From Paramecium tetraurelia (taxonomy: Eukaryota), in contig CT868679.1 in the NCBI GenBank assembly GCA_000165425.1, forward strand, positions 62,001 through 126,000: 64,000 bases of DNA, read 5' to 3'. The number at the start of each line of letters is the position of its first letter. Within the stretch, counting starts at the first letter, position 1. The notes beneath the pieces are model-generated. The model saw only the letters and a program-made list of their open reading frames with translations, was not told the origin of the DNA and did not search any database. Positions 27,312 to 40,387 of the stretch are shown here, piece by piece. Both the position numbers and the translations under genes were made by a program.

Positions 27312-29020
27312 TCATAAGTCTTCTTCGCTGTTTTCTTCCTCAGGCAATTACTCTCTATTGTTCATATTATCAGATCGAGCAATTCTTTATAAGAAATTCA
27401 AAATCTATGTAACTCCACCCTGTTGTCTCTAAAGCGAAGGTCTATCTTAAGGTATTCGTAAATAGATCAATTAAGTTTTCTTATAGTTATTATCTTTCTA
27501 ATTGTGTACTCTACTTTTTAGTCTTCTACTGAACATAGATCAACAATTCATGTGATGTAGGATGAAATCGCAAGCAGGCTATTTCCTTATTCTATTCAGA
27601 AACCTTAATTCAATATATTCAATACTTAGAGTATTTCTATAGGCTTTTCTGATTTTTCAACATGCCACAACACTAATTATCCAGAGTCAGTTCCTGCAGC
27701 AATCAAGTAATTATTGAACCATCCAAAATGGTATTTAAATGAATTGATAGATTTTTCTGAATATACACCTAAGATTTTGATTATTTGCAATGTCTAAACG
27801 CAATACAAGTATAATTAAGGTAAATAATCATTAACATACACAATCATCTACTCAAACTGTTTATTCACCTAAGAGTTTATGTTAATTAAATTGTTAGAAC
27901 TTGTTTAGATTATTTAATTCTTAGAGTACAATTGATATAATGTGATCTTATTTTAACTAACAATTAGCATAAGTTCTTTCGATTGATGACTATGTATATC
28001 TATGAGCTTTTCTTCGATTTTTAATCCCCCTCTCCTTTCATTCTCATTCCATTCGTAGAGCCATCCATCTGTTGAAATTGAGTATATATCATATTCATTT
28101 TTCTGTTTCTTTCGAGAGGGATCGCATAAAACAAAATTAAAAGATTTCACTATAGCATTATGACCTTGAAGTCTATACTTCCTTTTGTTGATAAAATTGT
28201 ATATGAAAACAGTATAATCCTCCGATGAACTGCCTATGTATTTACTACAGGGAGAGAATAGCAAGTTGGTGATCTTTTTAGAGTGCACTTCTTGTAATTT
28301 ATCTATTTCTTTTATTGATTCAATTTAATTAATCTAATACACTACAATTGATTGGCCAATTGCCAAGGCCTTGTATTCTCCATTATCTGAGAAAGAACAA
28401 AGAGAAACATTTTTGACTTTGATTACGTGATTAAATTCCTAGGTGCAGCTATGCTTTTTTTGGATACGATAGTCCTAGTGCAGATGATCATGCCATTTGC
28501 ATTCTAGAACTTCATTTGATTTTGCTTGCTGGATCAAAGTTATTAATCTATTAGGTTCAAATAAACCAAGTTATTGAAAACAAAGCGAAATAATTTCATC
28601 AATAAGGACATTATTGTCCTTTTAATTTGAGATCCTGATTAAAAACCATAGAGCCGTATAAGTATTTCTGTTGTTCATCTAACTTTAATTCATATAACCC
28701 ATACCTTGACAAAATCTGGATATCTAATTCCTTAATATTTAGACTGCTTCCTAATATCTTTGAGTTTTGATGAGCTGGATATAGAGTTGTTCCAACAAAA
28801 GTAGCATGCATTAATTCTTGGTTTAATTATCAACATATTGTTCCAAGATTGACTCTAATTCCGTGTAATTACATGTCTTGATGGATTGGGTAATCTTAAG
28901 CAAATTTGAGGGATCTAATTAAATTTATGATTGTTGTTGTAACTTTTCAAATGTTTTGTGGTAATTTTTGGATCTTAAGAATTAAAGAAATAGTTTGATT
29001 TTTTCTTCTTTGGTGCTCAT
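27312..29020 (-). CDS. LisH/CTLH + WD40 protein, WDR26/GID7-like
   Basis: IKLFLQFLRSKNYHKTFEKLQQQS (LisH-like), LLLEQLYIQLIKTQRYQEAVQILRNQI (CTLH-like), WD repeats VHSKKITNLLFSPCSKYIGSSSEDYTVFIY. Confidence 0.7.
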
Positions 29021-29064
29021 TTTATATTTGATTAAAATTTTCTTTTTTTAATTGACCGCAAATA

Positions 29065-30827
29065 ATGGATATCGTGGGAGTAATCATCAGTTTTATCATT
29101 AGAACGTGTTGCCATAAGTTTTGAAGGACGAAGCCACAGAACACAAAGGAGAGATGGCCAGATTGGTATTATTTGAATTTTAAAATTTAAGTAAAGTTTC
29201 GTAGGCGCAATAGCAGTGGCTGATTTAGTAAAAACAACCCTGGGACCAAAAGGAATGGTATGTCATTGTTTTTAAGAGATAGGATAAAATATTGAAACCC
29301 ACAGGACCTGGTTAAGAGATGACTCACATCACTGTTACTAATGATGGTGCTACGATTTTAAAATCTATGTATGTTGAGAACCCAGCTGCTAAGATTCTGA
29401 TTGAAATCAGCAAAACCCAAGATGAAGAAGTAGGAGATGGGACAACAACAGTAGCAGTGTTGGCAGGTGAATTGTTAAGAGAAGGAGAGAAATTAATTTA
29501 AAAAAGAATTCATCCACAACATGTGATAGCAGGATGGAGAATAGCTAGAGATGTGGCATTAAAGAGATTAAGAGATATTTGTATATATATTGATTATAAT
29601 ATCTAGCAACTGAAAATGACATTGAATCTCAAGAAATTCCATAATGACTTGATCAAGATTGCCAGAACAACTTTGAGTTCAAAATTGATTACAACAGACA
29701 GAGATTACTTTGCTGATTTGTGTGTCAAAGCAGTTTTAAGATTGAAGGGATCATCTAATTTAGATTACATCTAGATCATTAAACTTCCAGGAGGAACTAT
29801 CAGAGATTCATATTTGGATGATGGATTCATTCTTAAGAAATAAATAACTATTGGTTGTAAAAGAAGAATTGAGAATGCCAAAATCTTGGTTGCTAATACA
29901 GCCATGGATTATGATAAGATTAAGATTTATGGTACCAAAGTCAAAGTCAATTCAATGGACAAAGTAGCTGAAATTGAAGCAGCAGAGAAAGAGAAGATGA
30001 AACATAAGGTTGATAAGATTCTTAAATTTTAACCAACAGTATTTGTAAATAGATAACTGATCTATAACTATCCTGAATAATTATTAGCTGATTCTGGAAT
30101 TACTGTTATTGAACATGCTGATTTTGAAGGTATGGAAAGAGTGGCTGCTGCTACTGGAGCAGAAATCTTATCAACATTCGATGCTCCTGAAAGAAGAGAT
30201 TAAGTATTAGGACATTGTGATTTAATTGAAGAAATTATGATTGGAGAAGAGAAGGTACAAATTATATTATATGTATAGATGATCAAATTCACAGGTTGCA
30301 AAAAGAATGAAGCTTGTACAATTGTATTGAGAGGTTCTTCAATTCATATCTTGGATGAAGTAGATAGATCAATTCATGATGTTTTGTGTGTCTTAATCAC
30401 TACAGTGAAGAATAGAAGAGTTGTTTGGGGAGGTGGTAATTCAGAAATGCAAATGGCTGCTGCATGTGAAGAAGAAGCCAAGAAAGTTTAAGGAAAATAA
30501 GCATTAGCCATAGAAGCATATGCTAGAGCATTGAGATAGATTCCAACTATCATCTGTGATAATGGAGGTATTCATTTATTATAATCAAATTAGGTTACGA
30601 TTCAGCAGAATTGATATAAAATTTCAAAAGTGGAATTGCAAAAAGGAAATTTAGCTTCTGGATTGAATATGAATGATGGAACTGTTGGTGACATGAAAGA
30701 ATTAGGAATCAAAGAATGCATGAGAGTTAAGGAGTAAGCAGTTATGGCTGCAAGTGAAGCAGCTGAATTAATTATGAGAGTAGATGATATTGTCAAATGT
30801 GCACCAAGAAAGAGAGAAAGAGCATGA
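29065..30827 (+). CDS. CCT2: Chaperonin TRiC/CCT subunit beta; two apparent 1-nt insertions
   Basis: [83 protein letters not shown]; six short introns. Confidence 0.93.
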
Positions 30828-30906
30828 TATTAATTTATTAAGTATTTCAATAAGATTAAATTATACACCATTAACAATAATAAAGATCTATAATCAATAC
30901 TCCACA

Positions 30907-32257
30907 TCATAATTTCGAAGACTTTAGAGTACTTGACAAAGTAGGAGGCTTACTCGATCTAGCTGACGATTAACTCGAAAAAATCATTAGATTATTCTGT
31001 GAACATTGTTATTGGTTACCATCTTAATCATATCCATTAAATAAATCTAAGTAGTAAGCTAATTATATATACTTTATATTGAATTTCGTCTTAACATTAA
31101 ATGTTGTTCTGCACTAAGGGAATCATCTGAATCGTTTATTCCATCTGAGGGCAAGTAATTATCTTAATTGCACTGACTCAAATTTATTAGAACTTTACAT
31201 TTGGTATAAATGGGGCTAGTATTCTCTTGTTTTCTAACTTCTCCCAATCAAAGTCTTTGAACCAAGGATGTTCTTTAACTTCTTCTGGACCATTTGAACC
31301 CAAACGATTCTGAGGTTTTCTTTGAAGTAACTACTTTCAAATTGATACACTACCTAATTAGCAAAATCTCCAGCTTATATATCCCATCCTGGGGGAATTT
31401 CTTGTCTTTTAATTGCTGCCTATTTGGATAGCATCTATTCTCTTATTTCTTGTCTGCTCCTTCCTAAATATGGTCTCCTTCCCAACATGCATTCATAAAC
31501 GATAACTCCCAAAGCAAAGTAATCCACTCCTATACCATGATTTTAACGACACATCACTTCCGGAGCCATGTAACCTGGTGTACCACTAGTATCAGATGAA
31601 TTCTCAGGCTTCCATATTCTAGCTATCCCCAAATCAGTTAATCTCAAATAACCTCACTTTATTTTCTAAACCAATTACCACTACTATCAAAAACCAAGTT
31701 CTCTGGCTTTAAATCTCTATGCAGTATCCCATTCTAATGTAAATATTCAAGTGCTATGATAATACAAGCAGCAAAAAATTCTAATTCAAATTTCAAATTC
31801 TACTTGTTTATTCTTCGTTAAATCTTCTTAACCTCCCTATATGAAATCTCAAATCTCCTCCTGTTAACAAATCCATTACTAAATACAAATATTCCTTGTC
31901 TTGAAAAGCACATTGCATGTTAATCATAAATCTTAAAATTTTGTTATTATCACACATACCCATTTCTCAGATTGCTTAACAACTATCTCTCATTCAAAAC
32001 TGACTAAACTGACTTTTTTAGTATGATTCTTGAATAGACTTAACTGTATTATATACTTTGCTTTGGACATAACCTTCAATGCATAAAACAATGTATTTTT
32101 CTTTTTCTTCACTTTCCACACTTTTCCAAATCCTCCTCGGCCTATTGCATCAATAAACTAATAGTTTGATATTGAAGTAACTTAGTATGCTTATTAAACA
32201 ATTACTATTGCTTTCAAGCATGTCTTCCTTTTTCTCATTAATATTACAATTTCCCAT
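30907..32257 (-). CDS. AGC-group Ser/Thr kinase with MGNC acylation motif
   Basis: IGRGGFGKVW, YALKVMSK, GGDLRFH, HRDLKPEN, DLG, GTPGYMAPE; many short introns. Confidence 0.9.
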
Positions 32258-32332
32258 AAATTTATTATAAATTAATTCTAAGTTCTATTCTTGCACTAGT
32301 TGTTAATTAAAAACGAATATAATTAATATTTA

Positions 32333-32977
32333 ATGATTCTATTTTCAGCTATTTCTAAAGGAACACTAATTTTATGTGAACATACTGAATCTAATGAAGA
32401 TTTCCAATAATTAATTTCCAAATAGCTCAAATTCATTAAAAACAAATAAGAGAAACAACAATTCTAAATTGTATTATAATTCCCTACCTTTAATCTAGAA
32501 TGAATACATTTCGTATCTCTTGCAAAATAATCAATTTAATTTCTTGTGTCTAATGCAACAACAACTAAAAAATGAAGAGCAATAAGAACATGCCTACAAC
32601 TTCCTCAAGGACATTTCAGACAAGTTCTAATTGATGACTTAGAGTAAAAGAATAATTTAACTTCAGCCCAAGGGATTGATAAGGGTCAATTCACTAAGAC
32701 CATGGCAGAACTAATGAGTTAATACAATACTAAATCAGAAAATTCCTGTAATGATTTGAAACATTAAATTTATGAGTTAATAGAAGAATGTAATTTTAGA
32801 ATTGAGAGTAAATAAGAAATCAATACACCAGGGGTTTTTGAGAATATCTAAGATCTCCCCAAAAAAGATAATCTGGAATATAGTGTTTTTACTTGCAAAT
32901 CAGTTTTCTTTGTAATTAACTTATTTCTCGCTGGAGTGCTAGTTGAATTATTTGCTAAATTTAATAGATATTTATGA
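32333..32977 (+). CDS. Longin-domain tail-anchored protein (VAMP7-like N-terminus, no clear SNARE motif)
   Basis: MILFSAISKGTLILCEHTE, FNFLCL, AYNFLKDISDKF, FTKTMAELMSQYN; C-terminal hydrophobic SVFFVINLFLAGVLVELF; two introns. Confidence 0.72.
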
Positions 32978-33187
32978 ATATATTGAATAGAAAAGACAGG
33001 TTATTTGTGACAAATTGCGTATACAAAATACCTATAAATTAATCGTCAATTATAAACATGTAATCATAAAGTTATATATATTTAAATAAATTCAATAATA
33101 ATTATTTACCAAAACATCTAAAATTAACACTTTTTCATTATATCAAAAAGTAAAATAAGAAAATAAAATTTATATTATTTGAACATT

Positions 33188-34930
33188 ATGGTATTGCTTA
33201 ACAATAGATATATGTATTACGAGAGGGATTTCTTGGGGGAAGGGTCTTATGGAAAGTTGTATAAGGGAAAGGATACAAAAACCTAAGAAGAAATAGCTGT
33301 CAAAAGTATCCATTTATCGTTATTGGAAAAGTTTTTGATCTGTCAAAGATGGAGGGTGTCGAGCTAGAATTGCTCGAAACAGAAATAGCCACCATGAAGG
33401 ACTTGTAGCACCCTAATATAGCCAAAATTATAGACAGCTTTAAGTTACCTCCAAAAAATATGGTAATATATAAATAAAAAACATAGGTTATAATTCTAGA
33501 ATTGTGTGATGGCGATTTAAACAAACTGATGAAAAAATACGGCGGAAAATTACCAGAATCAGTTGCTTAGGTTGCTCTAACTTAATTAATGGAAGGATTC
33601 AAATATATGATAAACAAAAATTATATTCATAGGGATGTTAAACCAGCGAATGCATTGACAAAAGGATCTGTCTATAAAGTTTCAGATTTTGGTTTTGCTG
33701 GAAAGGTTAATGTTAGAGCAAAATAAAAACTGGATTTATTTTGTGGAACTCCTATATACGAGGCACCTTAAATTTTAGCAATGATTCCTTACACTGCCAA
33801 ATGTGACTTATATTCTATCGGAGTTATGGCATATGAACTAGTCTATGGATAGTTCCCCTGGTCCAACAGAGCAGGAGACGAATAACTCTTGAAAAACATC
33901 AAAAATGTCCCATTAAGATTTCCTGTAGATATCAAGGTTTCTGAATAATATAAGGACTTCCTAAGGAGATGTTTAGAATATGATGAAAATAAACGTATTG
34001 AATGGGACGAAGCTTTTAATCATCCATTGTTTAAGGTTTAGGAAAGTTAGAAATAATATGTATTAAAGCTTTGAATAACAATTAGGATTCTTTTAAAGTG
34101 CCACAAAATGCTAAGGATTTACTAGGATAATTATAAAAGATTTCTTAAGCTCGAGATATTAATGTTGTTGAATTATTTGAAAAATATGATACTGATAGAA
34201 GTCTTTAACTGGATAGGAATGAATTCTATTTGTTCGTACTATAACTTGATCCCAGACTGACTAGAGATTAAACAACTTAGATTTTTAAGGTTATGGATAG
34301 AAATGGGGACGAATTGATATCACTTGACGAATTTAAGGAAATCTTTTGCAACTACGAATTCATCAATATCTCTGATAAGGCTGAAAGGATCATTATTGAT
34401 TTAAGAGAAGTTGTTAAAGCCAGAAAACTAAATTTAGATTAATTGTTTAGAAGCTTTGATTAACAAAGTGATGGAAAACTGAACCCATAAGAATTCACAT
34501 AATTCATTAAGTAAATAGCTCCAGGTTTGAAATAAGATGAGATTGAGGAAGTATTCAAGAAGTTTGATAAGAATAATGATAAAGAAATTACCTTTGCTGA
34601 ATTTAAAGAGTAATTAGTTGCTGGTACTCAATTCGATTCAAAATTTGACCCAGAGCAAGAAAGAGCAATGGTATTATGATCATTTTATTTTAGAAACTAT
34701 TAAGTGATCTAAAGAGAATAGTCAGAACTAGTGGAAGTAATCCATAATAGATTTTCAATAACTTTGATAAGAATAGGAGTGGTAAATTAGAATTCAATGA
34801 ATTCTAAAACATTTGTAAAATAATTGATAGGAATAGTACACCTGATGTTGAGAAAGTCATGTTTAAATTAGTAAACAAGTCAAATAGTCAAGGAGTTTCA
34901 TTTTAAGATTTTCAGTAAATATTTTAATGA
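33188..34930 (+). CDS. Ser/Thr kinase (ULK-like catalytic domain) fused to six EF-hand-like loops
   Basis: LGEGSYGKLY, IAVK, HRDVKPAN, DFG, CGTPIYEAPQ; loops DTDRSLQLDRNE, DRNGDELISLDE, DQQSDGKLNPQE, DKNNDKEITFAE, DKNRSGKLEFNE, NKSNSQGVSFQD. Confidence 0.88.
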
Positions 34931-34966
34931 TACATTATCATCAGTATTTGCAATTATACAAAATAA

Positions 34967-35674
34967 TCATGCAATAGTCTTAGTATAGTTTGATTTCAAA
35001 CGAAAGTTTCTTACAATTGAGTCTTTATCTACTTTTTGTTATAGAGACTTATTAATCTGAATAGTATATCCAGTAATTTGAGGATTTTGCTGTTTATTAG
35101 GTTTGATTTGATTATGATTTTTTTAAATGAATTTGTAGTAATCTGACCATGAAAATGGTTCTTTTTACTTGACTTGAACAATCTGCTTGATTTTCTTTTT
35201 GTTTGCAGAAAACTTTAAACTAATTTGCTTATTATTATTTTTATTATTCTAAATTATTTGATTTTTATTTATTTATATGCTCCTCACTCTATCGACTATA
35301 TTTTTGTAGGCAGCTTTATCGTTAATAAATCCTTAGTCTTAAAATAATGTATGACAACTTCCAGCTCTATCGTGATAAGGAAGAGTTAATTGAACAGTTT
35401 AATGAGTTTCATTCGAGCGCTATCTACTCTATGTTCGAGATTAAGGAAGCTTAATTTTTATTGATCTGGTTTTTCTATCTTAAGGTTATTCCTCTTTCTA
35501 TTTTGGAGATAATTGAAGAAAATTGTCCTAATTTTCATCCCAAGGTTCTACATAAAAATCTTACTCATAATAAGAGGATTTATGTCTAATTGGCTTTATA
35601 AATTCTATCCCTGAATCAAGATTAAGAAGATTAGTTTTGGGGTCTTCTTAATTTTATTATTCATTTTCTAACAT
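34967..35674 (-). CDS. Hypothetical low-complexity protein
   Basis: Table-6 frame MLENEQQNQEDPKTNLLNLDSG...NYTKTIA*. Confidence 0.6.
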
Positions 35675-37088
35675 TATATAATTAATTGTTCACAAATAAG
35701 AATAGAAAATTGTTTATCCTAATATAACGATTCTTAAAATAAAGGGATTTAGAAATGGATAGAAAGATATTATATTATAAATGCGTGTAATTAATTTCAT
35801 AATTATTGTTTTGATGTTGTCCATTTTCCATTAAATGCGAATATCAAATTGATGATAGTAAAGTATATTAAATATGATCACATATGAAACACTATTCAAT
35901 AGGTGACTCTATTCTCATAAATATTGGATTATTAGTATAACCATTGCTACCAAGACTAATATCCATTCTTATAATATACTATAATAACAACATTTGTAAG
36001 GGTATTCATTAGATAAAATTAAAAAAATAGAGAGTAAATAATGATTTCAATAAAATGGGAATAAGTTAATTCTTCTTAATAATATCATTTACTACAAATT
36101 TTATTCCCAAAGGTAATTAAATATCTTGCTATTTATATTGATTCTTTAATATTCTATGAAAATGTTGATGATATCATTATTATGATATTTTACAATATAA
36201 ATCTATTATATTGTAAATATGTTAATTTAAGATCTTAATTTAAGAAAATTAATAATTTTTTAATATAATATCCTCTCTTTTCATAACTATTTATGTTTTA
36301 GTATGTTAAACTTATAGACTGTAATTCTATTAATGCTTTGTCTTTTGAGCAACAATATCTTCAACAATCATTTGCCTGTTTTGAGTTGAAAATATAAAAA
36401 AATTAATAATGCTATATAATTTGATATTTTTAGAAATTATTCTTACTTGGCTGTTTTATTTAATTAAATTGAAATAAGAATGTTTATAAATATTCACAGT
36501 TCAATACTTGAAATATAGTAAGAATGAGTGAGGATTTTAAATTGATTAAGATTCAAATTTATTTATTTAGAAACAATCGATTTATCAAGGTAAATAAGTT
36601 AATTCTAATAATATTTTTTTATCAATAGCCTTGAAATATTGGCTATCAATATAAACTATCTTACTTATGGCCAAGCAGGTGAATTACTTTTAATCAACTC
36701 TATCATGATCATCATATTTAATGTATGATTATATTTATTTTTATATCTAGTCTAAGTGTGTGATGAAAACCGAATACTTTAAGAATATAACCAAAATCTT
36801 ATAGAGAATAATGAAGATGGGAAATATGGAAATTCCAAATGTATCTTCAAGTAGATTAACGAAGGAATCAATTAAATTGTAATCTATTTATTTAAATTTG
36901 TCTTTTAAAAAGCTTCTATGAGACAGTACATTCATAAATAGATATATTTTACTTAGAAAATAAGTTGTATGGAATTGTATTCGAAATCTGAAAGTAAGAA
37001 TGCCAATTATTCTGTATCTATGTCATTATTTTGATAAATTACAACATTGTAATTAGTTTCATTTTTTTATTATATATAGATATATATA

Positions 37089-38537
37089 ATGATTCATGGT
37101 CCCAACTCTTAATTTTCTGGTGCATTCACGATAGGCAAAAGATATGAATGTAATTATTGTTTTAATGATAGGTGCAATATATTAAACCAATCCAAATCCT
37201 GGGTATTATATCTATTCACATTAGACCAAATCATTATTCAGTCAATCTCTTGGACAAGCCTTTGGGGTATAAATTTACAAAGTCTAAGCGGAAACCTCTC
37301 TATTAAGCTACTGCAGCTCCAGATCCTGGGGTTTATGAGAATAAAATTCAGGCAATTATTAGCATAACTTATTAGGCAATCTTACCTCACTCTTCCTCGG
37401 TTGCATTCACTAAAGCAAAAGAGACTTCTCCCAAACAGACTGAGATAGGTCCAGGGTCATATAATTTAGCTGTTTAAAAAAAAGCACCTGCATTTACTTT
37501 TTAAAGTCGATTTGATTCAATAGGGAATGAGATTATGAAAACGCCAGGTCCTGGAAATTATGAGATGGAGCATAACCATATTTTGAAGCCCAAAAATAAA
37601 GGGTTTTCGACTAGTTAAAGAACTAATATGCTCTTATCTAATCATCCAGGTCCTGGTTCTTATGAAGTGGAAAAGCCTCAGTTTCTAACAAATGTTAAGT
37701 AAGTTATAGTTTTGATTCAAAAAGGTTTCCGAAATCATAACGTAGCATGAATTGGAGTCAGATGGGACCAGGTCCAGGAGCATTTGATCTTAATCTGCCT
37801 AAACATTAAGGAATTACATTTGGAAGCAAAACTAATTAATCAATAGATAGATCGAATGTTCCAGGGCCAGGTAGTTACGATGCAGAAGTTGTGGAGGGAA
37901 AGTTTAAGAGAATGAAAGGAGCTAAGTAATTTAGATTTTAATTGAAGAATAGGAAAATCCGAAAGAGGTAGTCTAACTTACTCAAAGCTTGGTCCCTCTC
38001 CACTTGATTATGATGTAACTAATTATAAGTATCCAACGAGACATGCGAGGTTTAATTGGATATATTATTAATTGTAGTTTCAATAAGGCCATTAGACCAT
38101 CAATGATATCCACAGAGCGAACTCCAGGACCTGGAACATATACAATAGACATGAAATTCAAAAAGGGTGGTCCTATAATCCCAAAGGCCTCCAAGGATTA
38201 AATCAATCTATCAAATTTACCAGTTATGAATTCTATCTATTTTAGGGGCCTGGAAAGTACAATCCCAATGATTCGATGACTTCTAACAAAGGACCGAGTT
38301 ATCATATTGCTAAGAAATACGAAAAACCTCAAGAGTCTAGTTTGATAGGGCCTGGTAGATATAACATTCCAAGAGATATTACTGATGGACCCAAATACAC
38401 ATTTCCCACTCTTGAGAAGAGTATGGAGAAGAAGTCAATAGATTTAAATCAGTAAGAGTCAAATTAAATATAGATCACATTGCTATGATATCAAATAAAC
38501 CATTGGGTATATACCTTAGTATGTTCTTCAGAATTGA
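37089..38537 (+). CDS. PGP/SHIPPO-repeat (ODF3/STPG-like) axonemal protein
   Basis: Numerous PGPGNY / PGPGSY / PGPGTY / PGPGKY repeats; several short introns; TGA 38535-38537. Confidence 0.85.
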
Positions 38538-38665
38538 TTTATATTAAATTCAATAATAGTAACTAATGTTCATCAATATACAAACTCAATGATGATTGAA
38601 TTGGGTCAAGGTAAAAATAGAACGATTGTTTTACAATTAAATATATTTTTAATTTTTTAATATAG

Positions 38666-40362
38666 ATGCATAAAACTAACAATTCAGCTTCACCAAACTT
38701 TAAGTTAATCAACAACAAAAATAATAAATCAAAACTCGATACCACAACCAACAATGGCAATAATGTAAGCATGGTTAAGAAGGATATCAAGTAGCAAGGA
38801 AATTAATATTCACAATTATAATCAGCTCGGCCAAGAACTCAATCAACTTAGAAAAAGGAAAGCGTAAGTAAAGACAAATAGTAGCCCTTAAAACAGTATG
38901 AATAATAGATGTAATAATTAGTTTAGATCCTTAAAAGAGATTAGTCACCAATCCTAATTCAAGTGCTGAAAGGGTTGTCAATAAATAGAGAACTCATTCA
39001 ACTTCTGGTAGGACATCCACTTTGAGTCCACAATCACGAGTTAAGCCATTGGCAACTAAAAATATCACTCAATAGCAATAATAATAATTGAATAATTCAA
39101 ATTAATAACCCACTCCGAGATCTGTAAAAAAGTAGATGTTCATTTCTGGCAATGTTAAAGAAACCAAGAACAATTGTAATATAATAAGCAAGATGAAACC
39201 CAATTTTGAGAAGGGCAAAAGCCTACCATTTAAGAAAGAGAGTCCTGCTATTAAATTGAATAAGCAGGATTCAAATACAATATCATCATAATCTATATAA
39301 ACTAGATCTTCGAAATAGAGTCTAAGTGTTCACAAGTCAATAACTGTAAATAGGATGGATGACTTGTTTTAAAGATCCAAAACTCCCTTAAACAAAAACC
39401 TACCAAATGACCCCTTTTATGTAATCCTCATATTGTTATTTAGTGTATCGTTAACCCATAATTTAAGGATGCAAAGTATTACTAAACCTCATTGATTCAT
39501 TATCATTATGAGCAGGTAAGAAATAAATACTCTCCCTTTAAAATTCACTTTGAGTTGTAATATAATACAAATCAATTAAAAGAATATTTTAGTGATTTAT
39601 TTTGTGAGCATTTTTAACAATCATTCACTTGTTTGCAATATTGTAAAAGATTAACCCAAACCTTAAAATAAAACAATAAGATTCAATATTTACCCCCCAA
39701 TGAGAATCACACAAAAACATTAGTATTCGATTTGGATGAAACACTTTTGCATTGTAATGAAAATGTAAATGATCCCACTGATCATACAATCATGGTCAAT
39801 ATGCCCAATGAAGGAATGGTCAAGGTAAAATTATTAATAGATTCTAGACAAAAATTAATATTCGACCATTCTGTCAATAAATGTTGAAATTATTATCCAA
39901 TCACTTTGAACTCATTCTGTTTACAGCAGCTTATTAATATTATGCTGACAAGGCACTTGAATTAATTGATCCTGAGAGAAAACTATTTTAATATCGATTC
40001 TACAGAGAGAGTTGTTTAGAAATAGAAGAAGGATTGTTCATAAAGGATTTGAGAGTTATTGGAAATCGCTAAATTGAAGTAAATTTTAATAATATCTGCT
40101 CTAGAATCTATTATTAATCGATAATGCTCCCTATTCCTATTGTTATTAAATAGACAATGGAGTTCCTATAATCCCCTTTTATGATAATAAATTTGATAAA
40201 GAATTAGTGTTTTTAACTGATTATTTACTAAAATTAGAAAAAAATAAACAATGGACATATGCAAATAAAGTGCATTTTAGAACGTACTTATATTAATAAT
40301 GCCTTACTGCTGATGAATGTTTAAGAGAAATGTTTAAAGCATATGATACATATACATATTGA
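38666..40362 (+). CDS. NIF/FCP1-SCP family HAD phosphatase (CTD small phosphatase-like)
   Basis: KTLVFDLDETLLHC (DxDxT), INIRPFC, LILFTAA, YRFYRESC, IKDLRVIG, LIDNAPYSY; long disordered N-terminus. Confidence 0.88.
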
Positions 40363-40387
40363 TTAATATAATAAATATATAAATTTA

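Noticed and set aside
37200..38370. Recurrent ccaggt/cctgg units as a CRISPR-like or DNA repeat array (also 25700-26800)
   Set aside because: They encode PGPGxY protein repeats; synonymous variation and irregular spacing; eukaryotic host
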